From assembly GCA_049999805.1 (NCBI GenBank), contig JBNGIO010005634.1, forward strand, positions 1 through 64,000: 64,000 nt of DNA, read 5' to 3'. The DNA comes from Folioceros fuciformis. Taxonomy: Eukaryota. The notes beneath the pieces are model-generated. The model saw only the letters and a program-made list of their open reading frames with translations. It did no database searches and was not told the origin of the DNA. A program made the translations under genes and the position numbers. Below are positions 48,595 to 62,000 of the stretch, piece after piece; positions within the stretch are counted from its first letter, which is position 1, and the number at the start of each line of letters is the position of its first letter.

Positions 48595-51500
48595 CTCACA
48601 AGTACAAGTGCTTGCGAAACAAATGTGTTACAAATCACCCCAAGTACAAGTGCTTGCGAAGCAAATGTATTACAAATCACCCCTTTTCGTTACACTAAAC
48701 TATAACATGGATGCCCTACATGTACTAGAGACATGACTCTCCATGCCACACCTTTTGCTCCATGTCTACTCACTTACATATCAACCATAATTAGCGATAG
48801 CTTGTGTTTGAAGCTTTGGATTCAACCTTCACACTTACTCATTTCCTCTGAGGTGCAAGAACAAGCCCAAGGTCATATAATCACAACCTCATGATCGTAT
48901 TCTTGCAAAATCAAGTTCTTGTTCTTGCAGATCATGATCATTCATCCATTTCTATGATAAGATCAGATCTTGATCATACTCACTCAAGATGGTGATTTTC
49001 CTAGATCAAAATCATGGAAGAGATTTGTTTTTTTCCATGGCCATGACTCTTAAGAAGAATGGACGAAGCCTAAATAGAACTAATGACTCGTATTCTGGCT
49101 TTGTGCGCATCCTTTGTCACAATCCCACAGTAGTTAGCTCTTGTTCATTGGTTCTCTCTAAAGAACCCACTCCAATAATAGAGGTTTGGGATGTGGAAGC
49201 TGCAACTTAATTGCTAGTGGTTGGAATGACTTTCCTTTATTATTTGCTCACATGACACCTTGACCTGTGAATTTACATAAAACCTTGAACTTTAGGGTCA
49301 CTTACAAAGAGTGACAATTGTCACTCTCTGTTGCAGCTATCCTGGCACTCTCTATTGCGTCCTCTATAGCCATTGTCTTCTCTTACTTCTTGAAGGAGTG
49401 AGTGATATGAGCTCCTTCGTTTAGTAGTCCCTCTTAAACTCCCTTAGAGTCTTCCAAATTTGGAACGTTTTCTTCCTTTAGGGACTCTAAAGGCTTTAAA
49501 ATTTTTGAAGAATAAAAAGTGAAGTTTGTATCGACCTATTAAAGATCTTCCCTTATCATTCTTCAAAGTCCTTTGTATTCAAGCATTTCCTCTAGATCTT
49601 CCTTTGGGAAGTTTACATGCCTAGCCACTGGTGCTTGCATTGTTCATTAGTGATCCTTTAGTTTAACCACATCCAAAGTAATAACTTTCATTGTGTTGAT
49701 CTTTAATTTTGCAATCTTCTTTAGCTGCCTCCCTAGCGTGGTTATTTGTGCTTGAAGCTATTGAATGCCCTTCAGCATGTGATGCCTCCCTCAAGGCTGG
49801 GTTCCCTACCTTGATCTTCTTCAATATATTTCTTAGCTCTGACATCTACATGGCTATCTTCAAGGTTAATTCTTGCTTCTTGTGGCTTAATGGCTAAAAC
49901 CTCAATGTGTTGATCTGGAACCGAGTCTATTGAGCAAAGATATCCTTGTCTCTCTTGTTTTTAGCTCATTGCATAGCTTGATGACTCCCTTTGGCTTGGG
50001 CAAAAATGTAGTTCTAAGTGATTCCTATTGCTCCAAGGCCTACTTGATGTGTCCAATTGCATCCTTTGTCGTCTTGCTGAGATGCTCTAATTCCACTAGT
50101 CTAGCTTGCACCACCTCTAGGGCCTAAATGCTCTTTTCCATGACAATAGCCCGGTCCAAAGCTGCCTTAGCTATGACTTCCACCACCCTAGCCCGTCCCA
50201 TGGTAGTGCAAATCTTCTTCTTGGCCTTTTGTGTCTTCGTTTGTTCTATTGCGAGATGGGTTCTTATTGATGTTGTAAAGGGGTAGACAACAAGAGGCGC
50301 TTGGGTGTAAGGGAAAGAGGAGGAGCTATTAGGGTGACTCAAAGGAAGAGGGTATGGTAGGAGGCCGAGGCATGACAAAGGTGGAAGATAGGGAGAAGGA
50401 GGAGGAAACGTCTCTTCTTGAGAAATCATTTGAGTGATAGCCAATTATTTAGGCTATCTCCCATGCCATACCTCAATTAACAAAGGTTATGTCGAAGTCG
50501 TCACATGAAACAAATAGCAAAACAATTGCAACACCATGATTCATGCAAACTATCCACTAGTGCACGGAAGACCCCCCCTCCCAGAATGTGGTATAACACC
50601 TCGTGTAGTTCCCCTCCTATATCAAGTTAATAGCAAATAAGGTGTGAGCGTCCATCTCTTTGTTTTCCTCAAACAAGAAAACTTATCTCATTGTTCTTAG
50701 TGCAGTTTGATGACCCTACTATTTTGGGTTTAGATTGACCTGAATTTAAATTTTAAACTAACTTTCTAAGTAACTTTCTAAGAAATTGGTATCTACCCAT
50801 CTCCATGTGAGGACTCATAGGACTTTTGTCCTCCATGTGCAAATCTTGTATAGTCATGGTTGTCAATACCCATATCTGCTTGTAAGTAATGTGAACATGA
50901 ACTTACAGAAATAAGTGAAATTATTTACATATGCTTCAAGGTACATAAACATATATAAAAAATATAATAGAAATTTTTTGAGGGCAGTATGAGAATCCTT
51001 TTTCCCTGCCACGACCCAAGAATATCTTGGTTATGGCTTTAGTTGTGTCCCACGACTCCGGAGTTTTGTTCTCCGGCTGTCCCACATCACCGGGGATACA
51101 CATTGACAAAAAAAGACGAGGAAACGGGAAAAGAAAGCACTCGGAAGCTGCACGGGAAGCTTCGCCAGGCTGTAAGGTCGCAATGTTGCAACGATAATGG
51201 GCGCTCTGGTTGGCTGTCGGGAAAGCAGCCTCCTCCCCTGATGAAGGTTTTATCGCCTTTGACTGGGGTCCGCACGGGCCTTTGCTCATATATTAGTAAA
51301 TGGGCACACCGCCGCCGTTTGAAGAAAGAGAGAAGACAGAGGCTGGAGGCGAAATCATTCGGTATGCATACTGCACTCTCCTGTCCTTCAGGTGCAACCG
51401 AAGGCGGAAGTGTCTGTCCATACCGACATCTCAGTCTCTGATGTCTCAATCGCGCGTTGCAGTTGGAGACGCGAATCCATGACTGGTGTAGCCGAACCTT

Positions 51501-51803
51501 CCGTTTGGTCTTCGGTGTGCCAACGTCTCAGCGGCCTGGTAGTTTGACTTATTTGATCCAGTGCTTGCTCGGAACTTCATTGTTGTTCGTATGGAGGTGT
51601 GGATTCATTCCTTGCCGTAGCTGCGACAGCTTGTTTCATTTGTGTGCGGCGCAGGAGTGTGTAATGTGGTGTGCGCAGTCGTCAGAAGGCAATTCTGCAT
51701 CAGATTCGGAGGCCTGTTGGTTTGATTGGCGCTGAGATTTGATCTGTGGCTTGCACGCAGTGTTTAATGACTTGATACGAGCTGTGGATTCGGAAGGTGG
51801 AAA

Positions 51804-54800
51804 ATGGCGGACAGGCGAGGGGAGGTTGCGCCGGGAGGTCCTCGCCGGAGCGTGGGTACGAGAGATGGGGAGGTTCCCAGGCTGGAGAGAGGAGGGAGCA
51901 GGGGGGAAGGCGGGCTGCCTCAACGCCCTGGTGTAGATCCTGTGCTAGGACGCGCCAGGTCTGCCAGCTCGAATCCGTTTGTGGACGACCCGGCCATGGC
52001 CGGTAGGACTGAGCCGCTTCCACCAAATGCTCCTCCTCCTGCGGACGAGCTTTTATGGAATCCACTTCTCAGTCGGAGCGGGGCTCGCTCCAGGGGATCC
52101 AATTCGGGCAGGCGGTCACAGGCAGAGGACTCTGCTCGGTGGAATCCGCTGCTGTCCCGGGCCGGATCGCGCCACAGTCAGCCACTGGGGGATGATGCTT
52201 GGAATCCCGTTCTCAGTCGAGCGAGGTCGGGGAGCTCCAACATAGGGATGGACTACGTGCGTGGAGCCTCTACCAACGATGGCTCTGTTATGGCAGCCGC
52301 CACTGCGTTTGACCCATCTGTCTTGTTGCAGGAGGGTCTCGGGGAATGGAAGGATCGTAATTTCAATCTTGCCTACATCAAGAAGGTGCAGAGTTTCAAA
52401 GGAAGGAATGTTGAGGAGCTGATGAGAAGTGCGAGCCGAGGTGCTGAGGAGAAGGGGCAGGGGGAGACTGTGGAGGAGCCTGTCAGGATGGACTACTCTT
52501 TGGACCTTCCCAAGGACTTCTACGATGTTCTGGCAGCTGCACCGCACGCTGCTTTGATACATCTTGTCATCCTCTACCATCAGGCGCTTTGGAAGAAAGG
52601 TTTTCTCTCCGAAGCAGATAAGATTGCAAGGACCTTGTCGGAGCTCCGCATTCCAGACCAGATATCTCAGACGGAGCTGAGGGGCATGGATCTTCTGCTC
52701 AAAGATGGGCTGTTGCAGTACATGCAGCGTGTCAGCCCACATTTGCCAGTTATTCCCACCCAGGTTGGTGCTGTGTCCTTCTCTTCTGCTATGGTGACCG
52801 CATGGGCCATGTCTTTATTTTGCAAGCGAGGTTGTTATCTGAAGGGGAACTGTTTGGCTTTCAGATTGTCAAGTTCAAAAGTCTCTCTTACAGTCGGGAA
52901 GTGGTCAGACCGGATATTCCGTATGAGACCATGTACACCAAGGTGAGCAGGAGTGGTACATGTCACCGTAGTGAATCCCCCCAACATCGTGACATCTCAC
53001 GGAGTGGGTTCTTACGCTTGCTGACAGGTGATGGGTTGTATTGCTGGGCCCTTGAAGAAAAAACCTGTCCCTGAGACGGTTCACTTTCTCAAAGATGTCA
53101 CAGGCTACTTGATGCCGGGCACGCTCACTCTGATTGTAGGTAATGGTGGAGCGAACCCATGTGTCGTCATCGTCCAACTCCGACTTCGTAGTACGTAGCA
53201 TTTTTTGTTCTTAGATTTGTCCATGAAGGCTTAACCTTCTCCGCACGCTCTCTGGTACAGGTCCTCCTGGTTGTGGTATGAGTATTCTGCTGAAGTTGTC
53301 TGCTGGTCGTCATCCTCTGCCGGGTGCCCACGTTGAGGGCAGTGTCACCTACAACAATAAGGAAGTCAGTGGTCTCCTGTACCAACGCCTTGCTGGTGTT
53401 ATTGAAAATCGGGACGTCCATCTCGCTAACTTGACTGTGCGGGAAACTTTGGAGTTCGCCAGAGATGTGTCACTGGCTTGGAGTCCTAAGATGTATGGGC
53501 CAGAATTGCTGCGAATGTTATCCGAGGCTCTCGAAGCTGGACAAGATCCGAAACTGGAGCTTACCCTCAGCATGTTGGGTTTGAAAAGGGTTGCTGACCG
53601 CCCTGTGGGGGCACAACTGACGGAAGATGAAAGACACCGCTTGACAGCAGCGGAGGTGGTGGCAGGGGCCTATGCTGTTTATCTTTTCGATCAACTGAAT
53701 GCTGGCCTGGATGATTCGGTAACGTATGACCTCGTGAACAGCCTTCGGATCTTCACCCGTGTCCGCCATTTCACTGTGATGGCTTCACTGTTTCAGCCAT
53801 CGGCTGAAGTGTACGACCTTTTCGACAGAGTCATCGTTCTGGACAAAGGGCAGGTGGTGTTCCAGGGTCCTCGCGAAGATGTGTTACCATATTTTGAAAA
53901 ACTTGGGTAAACTCCATGCGAAGGGTTGCTTTCTGAAGGTTTCTACTCTGCTGCGGGTCTGCTTGATCAATGCATTTACAGTGGCGACTGCACTGTTGTG
54001 TTGGCAGATATTTTAAGCCAATTCATCTGGGAATTGGTGAATTTTTGGGTGAAGTCACCACTGAGGAGGGTAGACAGTACCTTCGGAATGGCTTTCCGCC
54101 ACTCAGCTTGGATGATTTCGTAACTGCCTTTCGTGCATCCGATGCCTATGCACACATTTGTCAAGTTGTAGACAGTCCAGTCCTGACGCAGCAGGTCTGG
54201 GTGCAGGTAAATTGCTGCGTTTTGCATGGTTTCAAGTTTGTTGTAATGTCAAGATTCAGCACTTCAAAACACAGCTGTGTCTGCAAGCGAAGAAAGAAGC
54301 AAAAATTTTTGGAAGTTTCTTCTGAGTCTCATCGGGCTCCTCATGGCAGGGTTCTCAGCCTATCGGGTTAGACCTTGTAGATCGTCAGGACACGCTCGGC
54401 GCCACGGAGCTTCCTTCAACAGTGGTTGCAGGGCTATCTGCTACTAGCAGTCTTCAGACTACATCAATGGATCAAACCTTAGAGGTCCAGCCTGGTGACG
54501 AAGTTGTTGCGTTTGGAGGGCCTTCAGAAACTTTGCACTACTTGAAGGCAGAAAACCTGTCAGCAACTGAAGTAAGAAGGGCCATCGATCAGATTCAGGG
54601 CCCCGTGCGTTTGCAACTTCAGAGAACTGTGAAGGAGGTGTGTGCTTCGTGTCATGGTTCTGTTGGTTTGACTGTAACCCTTCACCTGCCTAGTCTCTGG
54701 TGTAATGCTGCTGATCCTACAAATGGTGGAGGTGTAATTGATTGTTATGACCTGGCGAGCAGGTAGATAACGACACAATCAACCGACAATTCACGGAGGA

Positions 54801-57800
54801 TTACATTCTGAGTCCTGGTAGTGAATTCAGGAGACTTTTACAACGGGAGGTGACAGTCGCCTGGAGGAATAAGTTTTCTCTGGGTCTACGCCTATTTCAG
54901 GTCTGTTCTCCCAAGTTTTGACTGCCCGCATGATTTTCATAGCTGCAGCATTACTTTGCATAACCGTTGTACATTTCTAAGCTCGTGTTACTGTTGTGCA
55001 GATACTTTTGATGAGCTTGTTCACAGGTTTCATCTTCTTCCGTGTGCGAAATAAACCGAAGCAAAATAATATGAATTTGTTACGGGGCTCATATTTTGTC
55101 TCACTTCTGAACATGACGTTGTTCAATCTGGGACAAATCCCTGTTTTGATGGAGGAGAGGGCAATTTACTACAAGCAGCAAGGCCAACACTTCTATCGTC
55201 CCTCAACTTTCCTGTTTGCAAAGATTTTTGGAAGCATGCCAGTTTCGTTGGCTGAGGTACAGCTCTTATTCTGATTCTTGCTGTCACTTTGGTACGTTAG
55301 TCCCTCTAGGTCTTCTAATTGCTTCCCTTGGTCTTCCAGGCAACAGTGTGGACCTTGATAGTGTATTACACGACGGGCCAAACTTTGTCGGNNNNNNNNN
55401 NNNNNNNNNNNNNNNNNNNNNNNNNNNNNNNNNNNNNNNNNNNNNNNNNNNNNNNNNNNNNNNNNNNNNNNNNNNNNNNNNNNNNNNNNNNNNNNNNNNN
55501 NNNNNNNNNNNNNNNNNNNNNNNNNNNNNNNNNNNNNNNNNNNNNNNNNNNNNNNNNNNNNNNNNNNNNNNNNNNNNNNNNNNNNNNNNNNNNNNNNNNN
55601 NNNNNNNNNNNNNNNNNNNNNNNNNNNNNNNNNNNNNNNNNNNNNNNNNNNNNNNNNNNNNNNNNNNNNNNNNNNNNNNNNNNNNNNNNNNNNNNNNNNN
55701 NNNNNNNNNNNNNNNNNNNNNNNNNNNNNNNNNNNNNNNNNNNNNNNNNNNNNNNNNNNNNNNNNNNNNNNNNNNNNNNNNNNNNNNNNNNCCACAGCCT
55801 TGGTCATAAACGAATTCAACTCTGGTAGCTTCAGCATGCTCTGTGGGGACATACCCAATATCTTAAATCTGCCTCAGTGTAATGGCCGACCCGAGAACAC
55901 CATTGGTCATGCATACTTGGCGAGAGGTCAATTCTACACCGGATACCATTGGATCGGTATCGCAGTGGCTTGCATCCTTGGCTGGATAGTCCTTTTCAAC
56001 ACATTGGCGTATCTCGCACTCGCCAAAATCAGGCATGTTGAACCACCTCGGGTACCCGACAATCGCCAGGCAAGTGTTTTGTGGATGCCAATGCTGGAAA
56101 TTTCCAAGTCGTCAATGTGGGGAGTGTGCTGTTGGTCTCACTGTGGTTGGTTTTCTGTTCGTTCTTCTCAGCATAAGCATAACAGCTCCATGCAAGTTGC
56201 AGCGGAAGATGTGGAATGGGCAGAAGCTGCAAGGCAGAAGCTTACCCATACAGCTGTACCTGTGACTCTGTCCTGGCATGAACTCAGCTTCGATATTTTC
56301 ATACCCCAAATCCAAGAAACTCGATCCATTTTGAAGTATGTATCTGGTTGGGCAGAACCCGGTGACATGCTCGGCATATTGGGTTGTACAGGTTCAGGGA
56401 AGACAACTCTGCTCAACTGCCTTGCAGGTTCTCCACCTTTCTGGTAGCTTGGGTGTGTCGTTTGTCTTTCTCCAGGGCTCTGGACTTCACACTTCTGTAT
56501 CTGTTGCTGTGCAGGACGCAAAGTGGACTTGTCCAGGGTAGGAGGGCAAATATTAGTCAACGGGTTCCCTCGAAATCAGAAAACTTTCTCAAACGCTGTC
56601 GGATATGTTGATGTTTTCGAGGCCTACCCACCTTACATGACTGTAAAAGAAGCAGTTGCTTTCAGTGCAACTATGAGCCTTGGCAGGCACTCGACAGCTC
56701 AGAGCCGTAGAGAGTTTGTTGAAGAGGTAGTCCAATCATATCAGCCCACCCTTATCGCTTGTAAGTGCCAATGCTCTTGTCTTGGATAGAATGTTGACGA
56801 CCTATGGGTTCCCTGGTTAGATATTGAGCCTCGTGGAAATCAAGCACTTCGAAGACGCATTGGTGCTCTCCTTGGGCGAGAATGTGTTGGCGAAAGACCG
56901 GGCTGTGCGAATGGCTATAGCGTCAGAACTGGCGTCTAATCCAAGTGTCATTTTCCTTGACGAACCCACAAAGGGACTGGATACCCAGGCTGCGGTACAC
57001 GTGATCGATTCTCTTCGGGTACGTGTGGAGTATAACGTGCTGAATGAAGCAAGCTTGTTGGAAGTTCAGTGTGTGACCTTTGACTGGATGCTCCGCAGCA
57101 TATCGCAGCAACAGGAAGGACCATAATTAGTACTTTGCAACATCCAAGTCAGAGACTGCTCTCAGCATTCACGAACGTCACGGTTTTGAAGAAGGGTGGA
57201 TCAATTGTTTATTTTGGTTCAGTTGGCAAGAATGGCAACTATCTGCGGGTATGTCGTTGAGCTTATGCGAGCATTCCTCATGTTCATGCGAAGTATTTCT
57301 GACAAATTGCCGGGCACCATGACCTTTGATCGTTGCGCTGCAGGAGTATTTTGAAGCCATCCCAGGCACACCTCTGTGCCCTCCAAACAAGAATGCTTCC
57401 ACCTTTGCTATCGATGTGATAGGAGATGGTGTGGCCAATCTGGTCGCCGTCAAGGACTATGCGTTCGAGTACCGAGTGAGTGATCTGGCTCTAAACAACC
57501 ATGTGAACCTGCAGAGATTGCGACGGGATAAGACTGGTCCTGAACTCATGGGAACGGGTTACCGTGCATCGCAAGGACAAATGTTGGCGGAGGTTGTGAT
57601 TAGGATGCAGAAAATGTATTGGAGAAACGTGAACTACAGCTGGGCGCGGATGATGTTTGTGACGGTCATGGGTTTATTACTCGGCTCCGTCTACTTTGAT
57701 GCAAAGTACCTTACAACGCCGAAAATGAATAAAAGGGCCTTCAGTATCTTCATATCGTGTGTGCTTATGGGCATCACCAATGCTCAGAACGTGATACCAC

Positions 57801-58680
57801 AGCTTCTGTCACACAAATTAGTATACCTACGAGAAGCAGCGGCCAACCACTACAGTCCTCTGCTGTACAACATTTCCTGGGGTTTAGCGGAGGTAATATT
57901 CTTTGCAGCCCAGAACAAGGGGTTGGCACTTCGCGGCTTCTGTTGGTTTGAGCTTTCATCTGAAAGTATGTATGACTACATGACGAGCCTCACTGTGCAT
58001 GCAGATTGTTTACCTTACGGTGGCCACGATGATATTCTGTGGCATCTTCCTTGGCATGTCTCAAATCGCAGTCGGCGATGCGAAAGACTTCTTCCAGTAC
58101 TGGTTCATCCTTTTGGAATTTACGCTCGCCATTACATTTTTTGGCATGTTTTTGGCAGTTGTCTCTCCTGTTCCACAGGTAAGCATTTATCTTTTCTGTT
58201 CGGTCGTTATCCTACAGAGTTCTGTTACGGTTCTGTTCGGTGCTAACTCAATGTTTGGTTGTGCAGATTGCGGCTGTGTTGGTGCCAATTGTCATCAGCA
58301 TGTGGGTGTCAACTGGCGGTGCAGTTATTACGCACAGGCTGCTGCTGAAGCCTTTTGAATGGATGTTTTGGACAAATCCACTGCAGTACGCTCTGAACAG
58401 CTTGACATCCATTGCCTTCTTCTGCGACACTTTCAAGCCGGAGTGTCTGGATGGTGGAGCGAATATGGCCTGTTTAAACGACGCAAGCAAATGTCCGCTA
58501 TGTGACTGTCCACGCCTGGTTGATGCGAATAACATATTCGTGTGGACGCAACTCAAGTTCAACCGGTCGTTGAACCACGGCCGTCTTGGCATCGACATGG
58601 CAGCGTTGGCCGCTTTGTGTATTTTTTTCAGATTTCTAGCTTACCTAGTGCTCTCGTATCGCAAGAAAAAGAATTGGTAG
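51804..58680 (+). CDS. Atypical full-size ABCG (PDR-type) transporter, NBD1-(PDZ-like)-TMD1-NBD2-TMD2, multi-exon; part lies in an assembly gap
   Basis: LKDVTGYLMPGTLTLIVGPPGCGMS; HLANLTVRETLEFA; SLFQPSAEVYDLFDRVIVL; EERAIYYKQ; LKYVSGWAEPGDMLGILGCTGSGKTTLLNCLAG; ELASNPSVIFLDEPTKGLD; YWRNVNYSWARM; YLREAAANHYSP; WMFWTNPLQY. Confidence 0.88.
55392..55791. other. Assembly gap (400 N) inside TMD1 of the ABCG gene
   Basis: N run between exons TVWTLIVYYTTG.. and ..LVINEF. Confidence 0.95.
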
Positions 58681-59023
58681 AATGGCACGAATGTTTTGAC
58701 CCTTGTAAATTGTTCTCACCTGATTGACGTGGCACCTTTACTCACTTTTTGTATAGTCTTCAGATTTCTAGCAATCTTGTACCGCAAGGGCGAGATTTGG
58801 TAAGACAGCATCGATGCCTAGATTCTTGTAAATTGATATTACCTTATTACTACCGCACAGGTCATTCTTTAGTGGCTTCTTACCGTTTGCCATTACGAGA
58901 GCAAAGAGACTCTACATTTTTGTTTCCTTACCAAAGAAAAAGGAAAATGAGCAAGATTTCTGCACAAATTTCTTCTTTTTTAAGAATACTGTAATCCTTC
59001 CAATTACGGACCTGATAATTATG

Positions 59024-62000
59024 TTACACCCACACTGCAGACGGATATGTCTCCATCTCGGTTGCCAATTCCGACGTCAGCTTCTCTGTTTCGTCATCAC
59101 AACCGCCTGCAAAGTTGTACACGCGATAAGATAGCTGAAAAGCTCCCCACAGCATCTGCAGGCAGATCTTCATCCTGTTCAGCTCGTACGATGGGTTTCC
59201 CCCGTTGCCTTGTGTTGTCAGGGATTTCACTCTTTTACTCTCCTGCGCCAGAGAACATTGGTCTCACCTCACTGAAAAACTGAAAATTCTGACAAAGCAA
59301 GACGCTGTAGAGGACCATTGTTTTCAGGAGTGACTATTGTGACATGTTACTTACTTCGAGTGCCATGATTACAGAACGGGAGGCCAGTCCAACCATGCCT
59401 TCTTTGATACGGACGACAATGCTGAAATCAAACTGAATCTTGTGCCCTGAGAAACGCTTCATGTCATCCTCTTTGTTCCTCTCCACAGCTTCAACCTCTT
59501 TCTTCACCTACATTAATTTGCAGAACGTAAAAATGTAAGAAGGAGAAGCAACGATGAGAGGAGCCTCTTCAATCATAGCACCAGCGGGACTGGTGGAGCG
59601 AGATACTTTGTTAGGCAAATACTGCTCCTGATCCTAACCTTTTCAAAATACAGATTGACTCTATCAAGTTGCTCTGAAGCAGGGGGATCAACTCTCCATT
59701 TCTCCACATGCTGTGCCATGGCAAGCAGTTTTGAGTACAAAGCTGCTGCCAGACGTATAGTTTCGAGCTTCTTACTAGGGAACCCCTCAAACCGTGCCAG
59801 CACCTGGAGATTGCAGCTCAATTTAGTGTGATAGAGCCCAGGACCACCAAGGCACATTACGAAAACAAAGAATCCTGAAACTACGCATCGTGCAGGACCA
59901 CATACACATGCTGCTTCCCACTCACCTGTGTCTCATCTGTCAAGTCTTCAAGCTGGATCTCAACGCTTTCATGGAAGCGCAACAGTTGATCCATGTTAGA
60001 GGTTTGAAACGATTCCACCGCCACCTTAGTTTCTAGTATACATTCAGCATGCCGTTGAACGTCATCTTCAATTTTTTGAAAATAGGCTGATCTGCAAGCA
60101 TCGCAGAAAAATTCGGCCACTAAAATTAAGATGAGGCACAGGAAGCAAGACAACAAGGTCAGAAAATCAAAGGTTTACACATGATGGCAAAATGTCTGAT
60201 GCAAGAAGTCCTTTTGAGGATCGTGTGACCTACTTTTTTGTGATCTCGGCAAGTGCGTCAGCCATGCCCCCTTGAGCGTTTGCACTAGCTGAAGGTTTTG
60301 GCAGGGGTGCACTTATACCAGAGCTGGTCTTCTGGCTTGTATATCGCCCCTCCAGTTTACCTTTCATAGCTCTATACAAAACCCCCATCTTCGAGGACCT
60401 CCGGAGCCTCGAAGTCTTTTTCATCCTTAGTGGGCCTTTGCCTGGTTTTTTTTTTGGTGGAGGTGGGGGACGATTGGACCCAGTTATACCTGAAGGATGA
60501 GGAGGGGGAGGAGGGGGAGGAGGGGGAGGAACAAGAGGAATAAACATGGACGGAGTCTCCCTACTCTTGACCTCAGCGTCTTGCAAAGGATGTCTGTTGT
60601 CTGAAACATCCTGCTTGCGAGAGACCGGTGTAGGGGCGTCTGGTAGTACATTCTGAGCTGGCTCCTTTCTCTCATGGGCACCGAATAGGTCAACGGGTTT
60701 CAGGTCAAAAACTGGGCTGAACATGTTCGGAGTAAAGTTCACAAAAAGGGGAGACTCAATAGTTGGCTTACTACTCCTTCTGGGAGAGACTGGCATGGGA
60801 TTGAAACCCATCAACATGGACGGCTCAGGCGAAAAACCTTGTCCCACACATTGGGGCACTGCATCAATATCCACTGGGTTATCGCCCTTCTCCAGGCGAA
60901 CCTGATTCGGCTGTGCTTCCTTCTCAAATATTAAGGCAGAGGGAGGCCACAGCAATGGTACAGCTCCAATGTGCATATGATAAGACTGCAGAGCATCTGG
61001 GGTGGGAGGAAGAACTGATGTGGGAGTGCATGATCCTTTAGTAGAAGAGCAAGAATCAGACTCTTGATCCTGTTGGCCACTTAGATCTGATTTCTCTGCT
61101 CCTTCATCTGCAAGGATTTGCACCGATGCATCGCCAGATTGCAATATATTATTGAGATCCTGTGAAGCAGAACTTCCCTGATCCTCAGATATTTGCACAG
61201 CAGATTTAGCATGCTTGTTTATTTCTTCAAGCATAAAAAATATCTTGTGGCCTACGTGTTCACAATGCCACAAACGAGTTAGCACATGGTTACTCCGGAC
61301 CACAAGGAAACCATAATCAACACGTACAACTGAATCAATCCACTTACTCAGCTGTTCCAGAGCAAAGGATTCATCCAGGGTATGACTCTTCAGCTTTGTG
61401 ATTTTGTTTTTACTATTTCTGAACTTGCTCCTTGTACTCCGTTGCAAGTAGTGTGAGTGCTGAGTAGGAGTTGAGGGCGAGCTCGCCTTCACCTGACGAG
61501 GGGAGTCCCGGTTTCTGTCCCAGAAGCTTCTCTTCCCCTGCAACTCTGCATTGTCAAACCATTTGCACATTGAACTCCAACAACAAGCGGCTTCAAGTGA
61601 ATCAAGTAATGTAAGTGTGTTCATCACGATTAGCTAGATACCTTGAAGGTGCACCTTCGCAGCCTTCTCGGTGTTCTCAACAGCAATGGGAACTTTTTCC
61701 TCATCCTGAAGTCATAGGGCAGACTCGATATTACCATTTCTACAAGGTGAGCAGAGCACTTTCTCCAGACATCAGTTAAAGCATCACACTACTAGGGTTG
61801 AGGTTATCATACACTGGATTCACCATCACTGCCACTGTACATGGAACCATGAAGATTGCTCTGCGCATCAAACAATCAAATATAAAGGCTTCTTGTACAA
61901 CACACACGTACTGCTTTCCTCAGCAAAGCCCTGTAAATGGATATGAATGGATACAAAACACGCCATTGTCTGGGCAAGGTTTTCCGGTGCTACCTTCTGT

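Noticed and set aside
49300-50450. Broken charged, helical reading frames on the minus strand
   Set aside because: Probably a decayed transposon ORF, but no diagnostic motif allows an assignment
55193-55858. Long ORFs spanning X runs
   Set aside because: Artefacts of the 400-N gap
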